This document shows positions 23,675 to 35,401 of a stretch of DNA of 36,086 bases, one piece after another. The position numbers were made by a program, and so were the translations under genes. The notes beneath the pieces are model-generated. The model was not told where the DNA came from. It searched no databases and worked only from the letters and a program-made list of their open reading frames with translations. Origin of the DNA: Octopus sinensis (lineage: Eukaryota); assembly GCF_006345805.1 (NCBI RefSeq), contig NW_021836432.1, positions 1-36,086 of the forward strand, in the 5' to 3' direction. The stretch's first letter is position 1, and each line of letters starts with the position of its first letter.

Positions 23675-23897
23675 GGCAGCGAGCTGGTATAATCGTCAGA
23701 ATGACGGACGAAATGCTTATCGGAATTTCGTCCGTCGTTACGCGCTGAGTTCAAATACCACCAAGGTCGACTTCGCAATTCACCCTTTCGGGGGTTGATA
23801 GAATAAGTACCAGTTGAGCACTGGGGTTGATGTAATCGACTTATTCGCCTCTTCCTAAATTACTGGTTTTGTGCCAAAAATTGAAACCATTATTATT
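23675..23897 (+). mobile_element. SINE family B variant, full length, diverged
   Basis: ggcagcgagctgg..gagttcaaat..ccctttcggggg..aataagtaccagttgagcactgggg..ttgtgccaaaaattgaaaccattatt. Confidence 0.85.
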
Positions 23898-24057
23898 TGT
23901 TTTTATTTTTTTAATAATTCGACGAGCTGTCTGATACGTCAGGTTATTAGTAAAAGTAGTTTATAGCAATTGTGTATGTTTCTACCTATGTGTGTGCGTG
24001 CGAATGTCTACGTGTGTATGTGTGCCTGTATCTGTGTGGGTGTATATATATATATAT

Positions 24058-24107
<50 letters not shown>

Positions 24108-24152
24108 TAATATGTATATGTATATATGTACATACATATATATATATGTGAC

Positions 24153-24200
<48 letters not shown>

Positions 24201-24384
24201 TATGTATATATATAATATATGCGTATGTATATGCGTGTGTGTATGTGTATGTGTGTGTGTGTCTACGTATAGAAGTTCAATACCATCCAAATATAATGAA
24301 CAGAGAAAAAAAATTTGTATATATTTCAAAAGTTTCTTTGACTTACAGTTATAAAGCATAACATGAACAACTGCAAAAGACACC

Positions 24385-24435
24385 AATAATAATAACAATA
24401 ATAATAACAGTATATAATAATAAAATAATAATAAC

Positions 24436-24479
<44 letters not shown>

Positions 24480-24541
24480 TGATGATAATGATGATGATGA
24501 TGATAATAATAACAACACCAACAACAACAACAGTAACAATA

Positions 24542-24598
<57 letters not shown>

Positions 24599-24639
24599 TA
24601 ATAATAATAATGATAATAATAATAATAATAAAAATGATG

Positions 24640-24670
<31 letters not shown>
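24385..24670. repeat. (AAT)n array
   Basis: Directly visible. Confidence 0.95.
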
Positions 24671-24671
<1 letters not shown>

Positions 24672-25212
24672 TCTTTTCATATCCTTCAATAATCACTGCA
24701 CCAAATAATGATGAGGAAAAAAATGCTATTCAAATGAGAAAAACGATGGGGGCGTAAAGGATTACTAACGTTCAATGAAAGTTACGGACGAGAGAGTACG
24801 GAAGCACAAAAGCAACACGAAGTAAAGAAAATATATAACAAAGTGAGGAAGAAAAGAGGAGAAAAGAGGAATTTTTTGAGCTTAAAACTAAATTATAAAG
24901 CTAATAAGTAATGTGGCGTTTCCTGATTGGTTTCAAATATTAGATTCCTAGGGTTCGTTTGGCAGAATATATGTGGAATTCTATTGGAGAATTATGTACG
25001 TATATTGAAAAATGCTCGAAGCTTACACACGTACAGATATACAAATATACAAGTACGAGGACGGGCGTATAGAAAACTTATTTGTATATACAATTATGAA
25101 AATGTATTAGAAATTTGTGAATATAAATGCATATTATACATGCATTAACCAGTGCACACACACAGAGACACACATACATGTATGCATATATAATTACCAT
25201 ACATACATCAAC

Positions 25213-25243
<31 letters not shown>

Positions 25244-25266
25244 TATATATATATACATATACACTC

Positions 25267-25297
<31 letters not shown>

Positions 25298-25394
25298 TAA
25301 ACTCATATATATATATATATATACATTACACTCATATATATATATATATATAATATATATATATATATCTATATATAACATATATACACATACA

Positions 25395-25426
<32 letters not shown>

Positions 25427-25451
25427 CTATTATAGTAAACAGAAAATGGAG

Positions 25452-25796
25452 AGGCGCGGGCGTGATTGTGTGGTAAGAAGCTTGCTTCCCAACCACATGG
25501 TTCCGGGTTCAGTCCAACTTGTGAGTGAATTTGGTAGGCCATGCGGATTTGGTAGGCAGAAACTGAAAGCAGGCGGTGAGCTGGTAGAATCGTTAGCACG
25601 CCTGGCGAAGTGCTTAGCCGTATTTCGTCTGCCGTTACGTTCTGAGTTCAAATTCCGCCGAAGTCGACTTTGCCTTTCATTCTTTCGGGGTCGATATAAT
25701 CGACTTAATCCGTTTGTCTGTCCTTGTTTGTCCCCTCTGTGTGTAGCCCCTTGTGGGCAGTAAAGAAATAAGAAACTGAAAGAAGCTCGTCCTATG
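25452..25796 (+). mobile_element. SINE family A 5' part (internally deleted) hosting a nested family B SINE
   Basis: Head aggcgcgggcgtgattgtgtggtaagaagcttgc; resumes with agaaactgaaagaagctcgtc after the insert. Confidence 0.8.
25570..25770 (+). mobile_element. SINE family B inserted into a family A copy, 12-bp TSD
   Basis: agaaactgaaag at 25558-25569 and 25771-25782. Confidence 0.92.
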
Positions 25797-26002
25797 TATG
25801 TATTATGTATGTATGTATGTATGTATGTATGTGTGTGTATGTATGTATGTATGTATGTATGTCTGTATGTATGTATGTATGTATGTATGTATGTGTGTGT
25901 ATGTATGTATGTATGTGTGTGTATGTATGTATCTATATAATATAAATATCTAAATATATATGCATACATACACATATATATGTACATACATGTATCTGTA
26001 TA

Positions 26003-26175
26003 TACGAAAACATGGAATACGAACTTTCTTTTTGCAAACAACAAAAGAAACAAACTGAAAACAAGACAAGTAACAGAACAAAACGACCCTTCATCAGTTG
26101 TTGGCTGTTTTTCTACTTCGTATTTCGAGCATTTCGCAACAAGATACGTTTTCGACATCACAGTTGTTCTCGCAA
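26003..26175 (-). mobile_element. PLE-like family P2 copy
   Basis: Homologous to 18780-18930; minus strand TGTCGAA-aacgt..atgctc-GAAA..CTGATGA. Confidence 0.6.
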
Positions 26176-26256
26176 TATATAATATACATATATTTCATTT
26201 TTGTATTTAGCTTTTAGGATTCTTTACGTGAATTCGTGTGTTGAAGCACATTTTAC

Positions 26257-26462
26257 TGTGTCTGGGGAGAATCATTCTCTTTTAGTGTGTTATTAATTTA
26301 ACTCACTCACTGATATGATTTCCACTCATTTTGCTTATTTATTTTTATCTTATAGTAAAAAGTATTAAAAATAAATAAGTAAATGAGTAAAGGAGTGGAA
26401 ATCAGACAGTGAGTGTGTTAAATTAATAAGGCAATAAAAGAGAATGACTCTCCCCAGACACA
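26257..26462. repeat. Imperfect inverted repeat (~90-100-bp arms) abutting (TA)n
   Basis: tgtgtctggggagaatcattctctttta..ttattaatttaac..cactcactg..tgatttccactc..ttatttattttta is mirrored by taaaaataaataa..gagtggaaatca..cagtgagtg..gttaaattaataa..taaaagagaatgactctccccagacaca. Confidence 0.88.
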
Positions 26463-26859
26463 ACAATTATATATATATATTATATATATATTATATATAT
26501 TATATATATATTATATATATATGTATATATATATCTTATACCATGTATGTAGTATAATTACACTTGGTGCGTGGTTTAGTTTTTATGTTTTGGGGCTACC
26601 GGTTTATAAGATAGCGCACGGCTTAGTGGTTAGATAAACCGGGCGGCGCGTGGTGCTTTCTATTACTCCGGCTTATCTTAGCGTAAACGCGATGTGTCTT
26701 CATGTTCCCGCTGGCACTAGAGTCTTAGATGACCCTTTCATCATGTGATATCAATGTTTTACCATTTTCTGTGAATGATGTTCTTTTCCTCTGTTGAATT
26801 TGAAGATTTTTTTTAATTGTATTGGCAATGATGAAAAATAAGGTAATTTACACAAATGC

Positions 26860-27750
26860 TTGTACGTGTGTGTGTGTGTGTATTTGTGTGCATGTGTCTG
26901 TGTTCATGTGTGTGTGTATATTCATGTGTGTGTATTTGTGTGTGTCTGTGCATATCTTTGTGTTTGTGTGTGCGTGTTTCTATGCACGTATAGGTTTGTG
27001 TGTGTATCTGTATTAATGTGTGTGCGTATTTGTGTGTGTTTCCATGCACGTTTAGGTTTGTGTGTGTGTGTCTGTATTTATGTGTGTGTGTCTGTATTAA
27101 TGTGTGTGTGTATTTGTGTGTGTTTCCATGTACGTTTAGGTTTGTGTGTGTGTCTGTATTAATGTGTGTGTGTATTTGTGTGTGTTTCCATGTACGTTTA
27201 GGTTTGTGTGTGTGTCTGTATTAATGTGTGTGTGTATTTGTGTGTGTTTCCATGTACGTTTAGGTTTGTGTGTGTGTGTCTGTATTTATGTGTGTGTTTC
27301 CATGTACGTTTAGGTTTGTGTGTGTGTGTCTGTATTTATGTGTGTGTGTCTGTATTCATAAGTGTGTGTCTGTATTCATGTGTGTGTATGCGTGCGCGTG
27401 TGTGTGTGTGTGTGCATACCTTTATGTTTGCGTGTGCGTGTTTCCATGTACGTGTATGTTTGTGTGTGTATTCGTATTCATGCATGTGTGTATTTGTGTG
27501 TGTGTGGGTGTGTGCATATCTTTGCCTTTGTGTGTGCGTATTTCTATGTACGTGTAGGTGTGTGTGTGGTGTTGTCTATTTGTGTGTGTGTGCATACTGT
27601 TGTGTTTGTGTGTGCGTGTTTCAATGTATATGTAGGTTTGTGTGTGCATTTGTATTCATGTATGCCTGTATTTGCGTGCGTATGTGTGTTTATATCTTAG
27701 TTTGTATGTTCGTGTTTCCATGTACGTATAGGCTTCTGTGTGTGTATGTA

Positions 27751-27794
<44 letters not shown>

Positions 27795-27850
27795 TGCATA
27801 CCTTTGCCTTTGTGTGTGCGTGTTTCCATGTACGTATAGGTTTGTCTGTA
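26860..27850. repeat. TG-derived minisatellite, ~62-bp core unit
   Basis: tgtttccatgtacgtttaggttt recurs at 27121, 27183 and 27245 (period 62), with more degenerate copies on both sides. Confidence 0.9.
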
Positions 27851-27863
27851 TGTGTAACAGGAA

Positions 27864-28145
27864 AGTTATGTGCTTCTATGCATCTTCCTCCTCATCTCAA
27901 CAACTGTTGTTCTTTATAAATGCACGTACGTGTGTGTATCTATGTCTCTACGTGTGTGTTTGTGTGTGTGTGCGTGCGTGCGTGTATCTACGCGTACATA
28001 TCTTTGATATTTGCGTGTGTCTATGTATGTACAGTTTTGAGCGCGTCCGTATATCAAGGTAATTGTGTGCTTCCATATATCAGCCCCGCCTCACCTCACC
28101 CCAACGCCTCAACAACTGTCGTTTTCTTTATATGAATATATGAGC

Positions 28146-28195
<50 letters not shown>

Positions 28196-28350
28196 GGCGT
28201 GTGTGTTTATCAATGCGTCCATATCTTTGTGTTTTCATTGTGTGTCTATTGTACGCAGAGTTTTGAGCGCGCCTGTATATCATGGCAGTTATGTGCTTCC
28301 ATACATCTTCACCGCCCGCCCGCACCATCCTTTCAGCAACTGTCGGTCGC
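27864..28350. repeat. Diverged ~225-bp tandem duplication
   Basis: gttttgagcgcg..gtatatca.gg.a.tt.tgtgcttccata.atc..caactgtcg at ~28034 and ~28260; partial third copy at ~27864. Confidence 0.75.
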
Positions 28351-28499
28351 CGTCTCTCTCCTTTCTCTCCATATATCATCGCACTCATTCTCTCGTTCCT
28401 GCAATTCCTTAAACTGTCAACGGAAGCGTAATTGTGTGTCTGCTTGTTTGACGTAATGAATCTAAACCCACCAACCATCACGCCCACCAACCACCGCGC

Positions 28500-29750
28500 C
28501 CTCCTTACCCATTTCCTTCCAGCAACACATCAACCTGTCCCTTTTTTTCTTTTGCACAGTTTAGCATTGTAAATTCCTCGTTTTCACATGTAGTTCTCTT
28601 TTTAATGTCGCTAATTCGACCATTTCTTTTCACCTTAGAACTTCTGCTTTTTTATATATATATATATCTGTATTCGCTTTTTTCCCCTCTCAAATTCGTT
28701 TTTTTTCGAATTCTAGTTTTGTTATTGTACAAGTTTTTTCTTTTTACACTAATTATACGTTCTTTCTGTTCACCAAAGTCCTTTTGTATCCTTTTCACAG
28801 CGTTTTATTTTCTAATAAATGCTTCTGTACTTTCTCAACCAATAAATGTGTGATACTTAGCACCAACTTGCTGTAGCAATGTTTCTCGTGTCTCTTTGAA
28901 CTTGTTTCTTTCATTAAACATCAATTTTTTGTTTCTATTATTTCTTTTTAATTTCATTTTTGCTGAGTTCAAAACATTTTACCTTTCTAATATTCTTACC
29001 TGGGTCACATTTTAGTGTCATCTTTGTTTTGTATTCTCCTTTATGTATGTATATCGTTTCATATTGTTTTGCTGGAGATGCTTGTCTTCCGATTAACTCT
29101 TCTCTTTTGAGCAGACTTATGATTAAAAGCGCTCCATCTGTGGCCACTACATATTATTTCACTCTTTTGCATCATCCAATTGTGCTTCTATCTAGGGAAA
29201 ATGATCTAATTTGAGGGACTTTCGTTGTTGGTGATTTTTATTCCAAAATCAGCTCTTCATTTTTGAGCAGACTTATGATTAAAAGCGCTCCTTCTGTGGC
29301 CACTACATATTATTTCCCTCTTTTTGTATCTAGAACTGCATCATCCAATTGTGCATCTATTTAGGGAAAAGGTTCTAATTTGAGGGAGTTTCGTTGTTGG
29401 TGATTTTTATTCCAAAATAAACTCTTCATTTTTGAGTAAAATATGATTAAAAGCGTTCCTTTTGTGGCTACCTCATATCATTCCAGTCTTGTTGTATCTA
29501 AGACTGCATCATCCAAATATGCTTCTGTTTAGAAAAAGGGATCTAACTCCCCGTTGAAAAAGGGATCTAATTAGAAAAAGGGATCTAATTAGAAAAAGGG
29601 ATGTAATTCTCTGTTGATGATGTTTATTCCCGAATCAACTCCTCTTTTGAACAAAATTATGATTAAAAGCCTTCTTGCTGTGACCAACACGCATTATGAT
29701 TTATCTAAGACTACGTCATCTAACTGTGCTTCCATTTGGAAAAACAAAAT
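28500..29750 (-). pseudogene. Possible decayed coding sequence (repeat domain plus K/E-rich coiled-coil-like region)
   Basis: Minus strand is strongly A/purine-rich and gives protein-like stretches (EAQLDDVVLD, VATEGALLIISLLKNEELI, KRIQKDFGEQKERIIS, EMVELATLKRELHVK) broken by many stops and frameshifts; no family recognised. Confidence 0.3.
29095..29750. repeat. Four diverged tandem units of ~156-215 bp
   Basis: ttttga..a.a.ttatgattaaaagc at 29105, 29261, 29430 and 29645; the third unit contains a repeated aaaaagggatctaa sub-unit. Confidence 0.88.
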
Positions 29751-29754
29751 TTAT

Positions 29755-29912
29755 GACGCGTGGCTGTGTAAAAAAGCTTGCTTCCGAACTACATTGTTCT
29801 GGGTTCAGTCCTACTGCGTGGCACCTTGGGCAAGTGTCTTCTACTATAGCCTCGGGCCGATCAAGCCTTGTCAGTGGATCTGGTAGACGGAAACTGAAAG
29901 CCCGTCGTATAT
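29755..29912 (+). mobile_element. SINE family A 5' half
   Basis: gtggctgtgt..gggttcagtcctactgcgtggcaccttgggcaagtg..ggaaactgaaagcccgtcgtata. Confidence 0.88.
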
Positions 29913-29967
29913 GTATATATATATATATATATATACCCACCCACAGAGATAATATAGATATTATATA

Positions 29968-30020
<53 letters not shown>

Positions 30021-30043
30021 ACACACAGATATATATATATATA

Positions 30044-30086
<43 letters not shown>

Positions 30087-30097
30087 ATATATATATA

Positions 30098-30265
30098 CAT
30101 ACGACGGGTTTATTTCAGTTTCTGTCTATTAATCCACTCACAAAGCATTGGTCGGCCCGAGGCTATAGTAGAAGACACTTGCCCAAGGTGCCACACAATG
30201 GGACTGAACCCAGGACCATGTAGTTGGGAAGCAAGCTACTTACCACACAGCCACTCCTACGCCTA
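30098..30265 (-). mobile_element. SINE family A 5' half, inverted relative to the previous copy
   Basis: Reverse complement from taggcgtaggagtggctgtgtgg to cccgtcgtat. Confidence 0.88.
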
Positions 30266-30285
30266 TGTTAATAAAATATATTTTG

Positions 30286-31450
30286 GGGGTCGATAAAATA
30301 AAATAGCAGGCACGGATCAATAAATAATAGACAGAACAAAATATAATAGAAGTCGCGGTTCGGTAAAATGAAAAAGGATCTTAGTTCGATTAAATGAATA
30401 CAAATTTTCTGATCGATAAGACAAAATCCAATTTCGAGTTTCTAAAATATAGTAAGTGTCGAATCGATGAAATGAAGTACAATGTTGGATCACGAAATAA
30501 AGTACAACCTTAGTGTGTTAAAATAAAGAAAGAGCCTTGGGTCGATAAAATAAAGTACAAATATTGTACTAAATAAAATAGTAAATGCGCCCTTTTAAAG
30601 CCTAACCAGGTTCATGGGCCCGGTTTCCTGGTTTCAATGGCGTATGTGTTCCCCAGCTGGACGGGATGACAGTCCATCGCAGCGTTACTCATTTTTGCCA
30701 GCTGAGGGGACTGGAGCAACGTGAAAGGAAGTGGTTTGCTCAAGAACACAACGCGTCTCCCGGTCCAGGAATCGAAACCACAATCTTACGATCATGATGC
30801 TGACACCCCTAACCATTAAGCCATGCGCCTCCACATACAAATATTGTACTACTGAAATAAAATATAATGTTGGATCGCTAAAATAAAGTACAAGTCTCCG
30901 ATTGATAAAATATATATTGTACTGGAAAATGTAGGTGCCCAGGCGGCCTTCTTTAAAAAGGTATAAGCCCCGTGCCTTTGCAACATTGATCCAAGAAAAG
31001 AGTACAAGTCTTGGAGCGATAAAAGAAGTACAATCTTCGGTTACTAAAACAAAGTACAGCCTTTGGTTGTTAATTTAAAAATGCAACATCGAATCGATAA
31101 AATGTGGTAGATATCTTGTGCTAAAATAAAGTAAAATATGGGACACTAAATCTAACTACAATCTTGGGTCCACAAATAATCTATAATCTAGGGTCATTAA
31201 AATCATCACAGCCTTCAGTTAAGAAGATAAAGCAGCAGACTAAAATCGATAAAGTAAAAGACGAATCTCACAAATAATATATATTCGCGGAAATTAAAAA
31301 TATTTCACGGAATCTATGTGTTCTACTGTTTCTGCCACTCCAGAGTTAATCACCCTTTGTTCGCTCGATAAATAAAATACAAATCTTGCGTCACGAAAAT
31401 AAAGTATAATTACGGGTCGCTAAAGTCAAACACAGCCTTGGGTCGTTAAT
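30286..31450. repeat. Degenerate ~26-bp minisatellite (consensus approx. GGGTCGATAAAATAAAGTACAATCTT)
   Basis: Many units, e.g. gggtcgataaaataaagtacaaatatt (30540), ggatcgctaaaataaagtacaagtct, ggagcgataaaagaagtacaatctt. Confidence 0.75.
30572..30835 (-). mobile_element. SINE family C (tRNA head, CORE-like and V-like segments), full length, 16-bp TSD
   Basis: Head gtggaggcgcaTGGCTTAATGG..GTTTCGATTCC; gctgcgatggactg..cccgtccag; tacaaatattgtacta at 30556-30571 and 30836-30851. Confidence 0.9.
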
Positions 31451-32120
31451 ATAACGTACTTTTATCATTTCTATCTTCTTGCATCTCTAGCAGTTTATTG
31501 CATTTCCATGACCTGAAAAGTACTTCTTCCCCGCTGTTTTGCATTGCTAAATAAAGCAAAATTACGGGTCGCTAAAATCAAATACAGCTTCGGGTCGTTA
31601 ACGTAACCTACCATTTTCATCTCTATTTTCATGTATTTCTATCAGTTTATTGCATTTCCATGTCCTGAAAATATCTCTTCCCCGCCGTTTTCCATTGCTA
31701 AATAAAGTATAATTATGGGTCGCTAAAATCAAATGCAGCTTCGGGTCGTTAACGTAACCTACCATTTTCATCTCTATTTTCATGTATTTCTATCAGTTTA
31801 TTGCATTTCCATGTCCTGAAAATCTCTCTTCCCCACCGTTTTCCATTGCTAAATAAAGTATAATTATGGGTCGCTAAAATCAAATGCAGCTTCGGGTCGT
31901 TAACATAACCTACCATTTTCATCTCTATTTTCATGTATTTCTATCAGTTTATTGCATTTCCATGTCCTGAAAATCTCTCTTCCCCGCCGTTTTCCATTGC
32001 TAAATAAGGCATAATTACGGGTCGCTAAAATCAAATACAGCTTCGGGTCGTTAACACAACCTACCATTTTCATCTCTATCTTCTTGTATCTCACAAAGTT
32101 TTATCATATTTTCATGTCCT
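31400..32120. repeat. 151-bp tandem repeat, ~4.7 units
   Basis: (c/g)ggtcgttaa recurs at 31440, 31591, 31742, 31893 and 32044 (period 151); central units are nearly identical. Confidence 0.95.
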
Positions 32121-32430
32121 TAAAGGACCCCCTTCCCTTCTTGTTTTGATCTACATTCTTGTATTTACAATACAAAAGCTGTTTTTGTAGTCAATACGAT
32201 CTATTATCGCTGCTCCTTTTTCTTCTCCTACGACTGTCTTTTTTTTATTTAGTGTTTCTCTAACTATTGTTGTTCAATAAATGTTTTCGTTGCTTGTAGA
32301 TGTTTATTTTTACTTTTCATACTATTCTCGAAACTATACGATCGATTAATCTATGAATTCTTAAGATTCTTTCCTTTATATTCCTTACACCCACACCTCT
32401 ATATCTATATCTATATATCTACCTACCTAC

Positions 32431-32484
<54 letters not shown>

Positions 32485-32485
32485 C

Positions 32486-32525
<40 letters not shown>

Positions 32526-32751
32526 GTATATATATACATACATCTACATATATATATATATATATGTATGTATATATATGTATATATATATATATACATA
32601 TATATATACATACATCTACGTATATAATATATTATATTATATATATATGTATGTATATATATGTTATATATATATACATCTATATATATATATGTGTGTG
32701 TGTGTGTGTGGTGTGTTGTATGTATGTATGTATTGATTTATGTATGAGAGA

Positions 32752-32945
32752 GAGTGCGCATCGTTAGGGTGTTGCAATCACGATCTAGCGTTCGCGATTT
32801 CAAATCCTCGGCCGGGTGGTGGCATTGTGTTCTTTGAGCAAAACACTTCATCTCAAGTGGCACTGTGATCACTTTAACACCTGATGCGTGGTACACCGTG
32901 CACCCGTTCAGGCAACGCCGATTTGATGGAGTGACTGAGCACTTC
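32752..32945 (+). mobile_element. tRNA-derived SINE related to the family C head, different body
   Basis: gttagggtgttg..cacgatc..ttcaaatcctcggccggg..ttgtgttctttgagcaaaacacttcat matches the family C head/CORE region. Confidence 0.7.
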
Positions 32946-33087
32946 ATCCTTATAAACAAATCATCTGTTCCATTTCTAACTCCATTCCATCGCCATTCGG
33001 TTGTCGGTAGCCCAGCAAAGATGTCTTTTCTCACCATATAACTTGCACGATATTTTTCCTCCACTTCATTCAAAAACAAAATTATGT

Positions 33088-33245
33088 GGGCGTAACTGTG
33101 TGGTAAGAAGCTTGCTTACAAACCACATCGTTTCGGATTCAGTCGCTTTGCGTTGCACCATGGGCAATCAAAGCCTTGTGAATGGATTTGGTGGATGAGA
33201 ACTAAAAGAAGCCCTCTTGTGCTGTCTTGTTCCTCCCCACCACTA
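33088..33245 (+). mobile_element. SINE family A, diverged and deleted
   Basis: ctgtgtggtaagaagcttgctt..caaagccttgtgaatggatttgg..aaagaagccc. Confidence 0.75.
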
Positions 33246-33424
33246 CGAAACTCTATGAAATGATTAAAATTCCCCACAAAGGAATTATTTGATTTGAAAA
33301 CCCCACTAGAATGGGAAGGAGCGCTAATGATCTAAATGATATGATATATATGTAAAAAATGGTAATATAAATAAATATCTGTAAATATAAACCATCCGAT
33401 CTTCTGATTACCTCATTTCTTCTA

Positions 33425-33492
<68 letters not shown>

Positions 33493-33521
33493 TATATGTA
33501 TATGTATGTATGTATATGTAT

Positions 33522-33770
33522 GCCTGCGGCATTTCAGTCCGTGGCTGGGAATCGCTTGCCTCTGACCGCGACGCCTGGCGCCCAGCTGTCCAAAAGGGTC
33601 TTAGGGAAAGAGCCTGGACCAGAAGCGAGAAGCCCGAAAAGAGAAGATCCCCAACCCTACTTCTGCTGTTACGTGCCCAACATTTGGCCGCGTCTGCGCG
33701 TCCGTCTTCGGGTTACGTTCCCATCTCCGGCATCACTTGACGTCATTGTCGAACCCCGATAGACTTCCAT
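33522..33770 (+). mobile_element. RTE-clade LINE 3' end (frameshifted C-terminus)
   Basis: Translates GISVRGWESLASDRDAWRPAVQKG and, in another frame, TCPTFGRVCASVFGLRSHLRHH. These match the W-x-x-LA-x-DR-x-x-WR and C2H2-like motifs of RTE C-termini. GC-rich, followed by a simple-repeat tail. Confidence 0.88.
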
Positions 33771-33814
33771 TACGTATGTATATATGTGTGTGCATATACG
33801 TGTGTATGTACGTG

Positions 33815-34005
33815 TGTATGTGTGTTTTTGTATTTGTGTCTGTAATTGTTCCCACCACCGCTTGACCACCGGCATTTCTTTGTCTAAGATTCTGTAACCA
33901 AGCGGTTAAGCAAAATAAGCCAATAGGATAATCGCCAGAATTAAAAGAAAAATACGTACAGGGATCGATTTGTGCATAGCCGCAGTTCAATGACTGACAC
34001 AAATA
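33815..34005 (+). mobile_element. SINE family A, diverged 3' half
   Basis: ccaccaccgcttgaccaccgg..agcggtt..gccgcagttcaatgactgacacaa. Confidence 0.75.
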
Positions 34006-34311
34006 TAATATAATATAAGGATAATTTATGTTGTTTTCACTTAGATTAATGATCGTATCTATCATTCACATTCTATATTTTCTATTGTCTTCGATGATTT
34101 ATGATTAATGTTTAATAAGTATTAACTAAAGTGGCACTAAACGCTGTACAATCAGATCAAGTTTGTTTTCTTGTAGCTATACCATAACCTCAAAGACATT
34201 AGTGCAATTCTTACTGGTGACTGTTTTGGCCTTCCTCGACAACTAAAATGTCTCGTTCTATATTTAGAAGACTTATGTGGATAGGGTGGTCGCCTTGGTC
34301 AATACACTCTA

Positions 34312-34492
34312 TATTCATTTCTTTATTGCCCACAAGGGGCGAAAGATAGAAGAGACAAATAAGGACGGGCAAAGGGATTAAGTCGATCCCAGTGCGTAAC
34401 TGGTACTTATTTAATCGACCCCGAGAGGATAAAATGCAAAGTCGACCTCGGCTGAATTTGAACTCAAAACGTAACGGCAGACGAAATACCTA
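34312..34492 (-). mobile_element. SINE family B, 5'-truncated
   Basis: ttctttattgcccacaagggg..ctggtactt..tcgaccccga..gtcgacctcggc.gaatttgaactc. Confidence 0.85.
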
Positions 34493-34867
34493 TTTGAGAA
34501 CCACGCATCCACCGCTTCTCATATTTCCTTCTTTCCTTCCTTTACCACGCACCAACTCTCTCTCACTCTCTCTCTCTCTTCTCTCTCACTCTATCCTCTT
34601 GCCCTCTCACTCCCTTCCTCTCCCGTCTCTCTCACACCTTTTCTTCGTCTCCCTCCCTCCCGCCCTGTCTCACTCTAACTTCTTATTTCTCTCCGTCCTG
34701 CACTCCTCTCTCTTCCTTCTACTCTCCAGATGCTCTCCCTCCCCTCCCTATCGTTTTCTCCTCTTACCTCTATTCTAATACCCTATTCTCTGTTTCCTCC
34801 TCCTTCTCTATCTCTTCCTCCCTCCTTCCCTTCTCTCTACATACCCCTACATCACGGTGTAAAGATG

Positions 34868-35103
34868 GCTAAAAATTTTGGCACAAGGCTAGCAATTTCG
34901 GGAGAGGTGGGGGTAATTCGATTACATCACCCACCCACCCCAGTGCTCAACTTGTACTTCATTTATCGACCCAGAAGGAGATAAAAGGCAAAGTCGACTT
35001 CGGCGGAATTTGAACTCAGAACATAACGAAGGACGAATTACCGCAAAGCACTTCCCCCCCCCCCCCCCCCCGGGGCGCGAACGATTCTTCCAGATCGCAG
35101 CCT
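34868..35103 (-). mobile_element. SINE family B variant with a long poly-C run in its head
   Basis: ttttggcacaagg..ccccagtgctcaac..aaaggcaaagtcgacttcggcggaatttgaactcagaac; C-run at ~35054-35071. Confidence 0.82.
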
Positions 35104-35264
35104 CAAAACCAAAGTGTTTTATATGAACGTATCAACTTTCACACCATCCTCATCATTTTTCCTCATTTTCAGTTTCCAAATTCGAATCACGTCATTGAAA
35201 CGAATCATTTACCATCATCCATGCAACACTTTCTTTCTTTTAAATATTTCCGCATTGTCTGCTG

Positions 35265-35364
35265 CGCTGCTGCTGCTGCTGCAGCTAGTACTACTACTGC
35301 TACTACTACTACTACTACTACACTACTACTACTACTACTACTTCTTCTACTTCTTCTTCTTCTT

Positions 35365-35401
<37 letters not shown>

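Noticed and set aside
27208-28062. 284-aa Cys/Val-rich ORF
   Set aside because: Translation of the TG-derived minisatellite.
31598-32094. Three near-identical ~61-aa ORFs suggesting a tandem peptide gene cluster
   Set aside because: Product of the 151-bp repeat (not a multiple of 3); the ORFs overlap in shifting frames and resemble no known family.
30286-32120. CRISPR-like repeat/spacer appearance
   Set aside because: Repeats are degenerate, intervening sequences are themselves repeated, there are no cas genes and the context is eukaryotic.
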